Source of the DNA: Oscillospiraceae bacterium | Lineage (GTDB): Bacteria; Bacillota; Clostridia; Oscillospirales; CAG-272 | DNA length: 57,871 nucleotides | Assembly (NCBI GenBank): GCA_015065045.1 | Contig: SVRB01000001.1 | Coordinates: 1-57,871, forward strand | Reading direction: 5' to 3' | Shown: positions 56,077-57,871 of the stretch, piece after piece | Numbering within the stretch: position 1 is the stretch's first letter | Layout: every line of letters starts with the position of its first letter | Program-made: the position numbers and the translations under genes | Notes under the pieces: generated by a model | What the model saw: only the letters and a program-made list of their open reading frames with translations | What the model was told of the DNA's origin: nothing | Databases searched by the model: none

Positions 56077-56079
56077 AAC

Positions 56080-56250
56080 GAAATTCGCCTTCGGCGAGTG
56101 AAATATGGCTTCGCCATGTGAAATAGCTCCGCTGTGAAATATTTGCTTCGCAAATGTGAAAGGCGAATTTCATTTCACATCGAACGAAGTGAGATATTTC
56201 ACAATTTCCGTAAGGGAATTATTTCACATTCGGCAACGCCGAATATTTAA
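56080..56250. repeat. array of GTGAAAT / ATTTCAC heptamers interleaved with short GC-rich hairpins
   Basis: GTGAAAT/GTGAAAG occurs at 56098, 56118, 56134 and 56156. The inverse ATTTCAC occurs at 56172, 56196 and 56221. The spacers are mini-palindromes: CGCCttcgGCG, ATGGCttcGCCAT, ATTTGCttcGCAAAT, TTCCgtaaGGGAA and ATTCGGCaaCGCCGAAT. Confidence 0.75.
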
Positions 56251-56251
56251 C

Positions 56252-56280
56252 TTGAATAACTTACCGATTCATGATATAAT
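56252..56280 (+). promoter_or_regulatory. promoter of the four-helix-bundle gene
   Basis: The sequence reads TTGAAT-N17-TATAAT with TGa (extended -10), 24 nt before the ATG at 56304. Confidence 0.6.
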
Positions 56281-56303
56281 GACGGCAGAAAGGCGGTGAT
56301 ATT

Positions 56304-56651
56304 ATGGCAGATTCGAAACTTCGTGACCTTTCCACAGATTTTGCGGTAAAAGTTATCAAAATGTGTGACGGTGTAAAAGGCCACCATTCTCTCATCAATC
56401 AGTTGGAGCGTTCGTCAACCTCTATCGGAGCCAACATTCACGAAGCGAATTACGCACACAGTAAGGCTGACTTTATTGCTAAGTTTCAAATTTCTTTAAA
56501 GGAGTGCTACGAGACGGAATATTGGCTTGAATTGTTTGTAAAATCTGAATTACTCGACCGCGGCATTGCAAAAGATTTATATAATCAGTGCGGCACAATT
56601 CGCCGAATGCTCATCTCCTCCATCAACACCGCAAAGGAGAACGCAAAATGA
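56304..56651 (+). CDS. four-helix-bundle protein (23S rRNA intervening-sequence protein / Avd family)
   Basis: 115 aa with the family-typical motifs QLERSSTSIGANIHEANYAHSKADFIAKFQISLKECYETEYWLEL. Confidence 0.8.
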   Translation: MADSKLRDLSTDFAVKVIKMCDGVKGHHSLINQLERSSTSIGANIHEANYAHSKADFIAKFQISLKECYETEYWLELFVKSELLDRGIAKDLYNQCGTIRRMLISSINTAKENAK

Positions 56652-56971
56652 AAAACAAACCGTTCATCACCGGAATTATATCGATTGTATCTCCAATACC
56701 AATGTTTATTTTTACTATACTGTGGTGTTGGGTGTGGTTTTTTGGTATTGGTATAGGCTTGCTAAACTACGACACTGTTCCGCAATGGATACTTGTTCTC
56801 TCGTTATTACCCTTGCTGATAAGTCCGATTTTATGCTTAACGGGAATATTTTATGGCATTGTAAAAATTAAAGCAAGGAAAGCTGTGCTGGGAATTTTTT
56901 TATCGGTCGCAGGATTGTTAGAAAATTTTATCTTGATTTATGGAATGTACTATCTCGGCAGCAGGTTTTGA
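56648..56971 (+). CDS. small hypothetical membrane protein (3-4 TM)
   Basis: The start is set at the ATG at 56648 (MKNKPFITGIISIV), which overlaps the upstream stop as ATGA. It is hydrophobic throughout. Confidence 0.55.
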   Translation: MKNKPFITGIISIVSPIPMFIFTILWCWVWFFGIGIGLLNYDTVPQWILVLSLLPLLISPILCLTGIFYGIVKIKARKAVLGIFLSVAGLLENFILIYGMYYLGSRF

Positions 56972-57088
56972 TCTCATTACTTTTAGTCGTTTTTTCAAGT
57001 AAATCGTCCTATCAGAAGAAATGATATATCATTGAAATTTACAACTTTTTATTCAATAAAAATTTATCATAGTAAAAGGTACAAACAA

Positions 57089-57679
57089 ATGCAAGAGTTA
57101 AGAAACAAAATACAAGACCTTGTCGATAAATACGAAAATAAACTTGGAGCAAACGGCATCAAAATTATTGTATCAAAAAAATATTTTGAAGTTGGCGTTG
57201 TTGAACATTTGACTCACAGCCATGAATTATTTGGAAGTATTGACCGTTATATACACAAAAAGAAAGAATGCAAATATAATCACCAAAAAAACAGATTCCA
57301 TTGCATCGTTCTCACTTGTGTCCCCATTGATAAATCAATAAACTCAAATAAAGAATACCGAGAATATGCATTTCTTCTCAGTAAGGTATGGCGTGCGTAC
57401 ATTGGACACGAGCCAAAACATGTCATTTATAAAGAAAACAAAATACTATCCAAAATCGAAAAAACAATACAAAGAATTATAAAAAAATCTACCGATGTAA
57501 ACGCGGATGAATTCTGTAAAAATTCTCTTCTTGATATACTTAGGTATACTTGGTCACATAAATATCTGTACAAAAACAAGTATTGTGGAAAAACACGTTT
57601 CTTCTGGAACCTTCTTTTCGGAATTTGCGTACTTGCGCTTTCAGCTATAGTTATTTTCGGAATCGAAAATCTATTTTAG
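57089..57679 (+). CDS. hypothetical protein with C-terminal TM anchor
   Basis: The start is set at the ATG at 57089 (MQELRNKIQDL); the track starts at the TTG at 57032. It is basic, with a C-terminal TM segment FFWNLLFGICVLALSAIVIFGI. Confidence 0.5.
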   Translation: MQELRNKIQDLVDKYENKLGANGIKIIVSKKYFEVGVVEHLTHSHELFGSIDRYIHKKKECKYNHQKNRFHCIVLTCVPIDKSINSNKEYREYAFLLSKVWRAYIGHEPKHVIYKENKILSKIEKTIQRIIKKSTDVNADEFCKNSLLDILRYTWSHKYLYKNKYCGKTRFFWNLLFGICVLALSAIVIFGIENLF

Positions 57680-57711
57680 TATGATCGATAAAAAATACAA
57701 TAAAACACAAA

Positions 57712-57746
57712 AAAAGACAGAGCAATTAAGCTCTGCCTTTTTTATA
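57712..57746. terminator. bidirectional terminator (hypothetical gene / tuf)
   Basis: The hairpin is CAGAGC-aattaa-GCTCTG, with an A-run upstream and a T-run downstream. Confidence 0.6.
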
Positions 57747-57761
57747 TATAATCAGTTATGA

Positions 57762-57871
57762 TTATTCAATGATTTCGCTTACAACGCCGGAACCAACTGT
57801 TCTACCGCCTTCACGGATAGCGAAACGGAGACCCTTTTCGATAGCTACGGGTGTAATGAGTTCAACTGTGA
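57762..57871 (-). CDS. tuf: elongation factor Tu, C-terminal 35 aa (3' end only; gene starts beyond window)
   Basis: My own translation of the minus strand gives ...[34 protein letters not shown], which is a canonical EF-Tu C-terminus. Confidence 0.9.
   Translation of the reverse strand, partial: TVELITPVAIEKGLRFAIREGGRTVGSGVVSEIIE

Noticed and set aside
56080-56250. The possibility that the repeat array is a CRISPR array.
   Set aside because: The repeat units are only 7-8 nt with 8-17-nt palindromic spacers, and they change orientation mid-array. There are no cas genes in the window.

Overview
This is a low-GC Firmicutes/Clostridia-type chromosomal segment. Spore-former markers are present (SpoIVA, YlmC/YmxH, MecA-like adaptor, SpoIVFB-like M50 protease), along with a Clostridia-style IspH-S1 fusion. 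About three quarters of the window is housekeeping, almost all on the minus strand: purL', mtaB, spoIVA, potABCD, a DUF1538/P-II pair, ispH-rpsA, plsC, cmk, purD, mntP, pepT, UDG, mecA-like, gpsA, a CapD-like dehydratase, aspartate kinase, an AI-2E transporter, copZ, rpiB, tsaB, tsaE, fhs and tuf'. There are four accessory or unusual areas. (1) 31.0-43.9 kb holds a compact 12.8-kb plus-strand phage head/short-tail/lysis cluster with no integrase, lysogeny or replication genes, which I read as a GTA-like or domesticated-particle candidate. (2) 22.0-28.5 kb holds two tandem paralogous ~1020-aa secreted proteins whose 3' ends are about 90% identical at the DNA level. (3) 48.3-51.0 kb is a tRNA-Pro neighbourhood. 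It contains a duplicated tRNA 3' end, two identical 39-bp palindromic terminators bracketing a two-gene cassette, a ~0.7-kb ORF-free purine-skewed region ending in a minus-strand terminator, and an orphan consensus promoter. (4) 56.0-57.7 kb is a tRNA-Arg-linked islet with a GTGAAAT/hairpin repeat array and a four-helix-bundle (Avd/IVS family) gene. No CRISPR array, rRNA or transposase was seen. All protein calls rest on motifs I recognise by eye, gene order and size. No database search was run.
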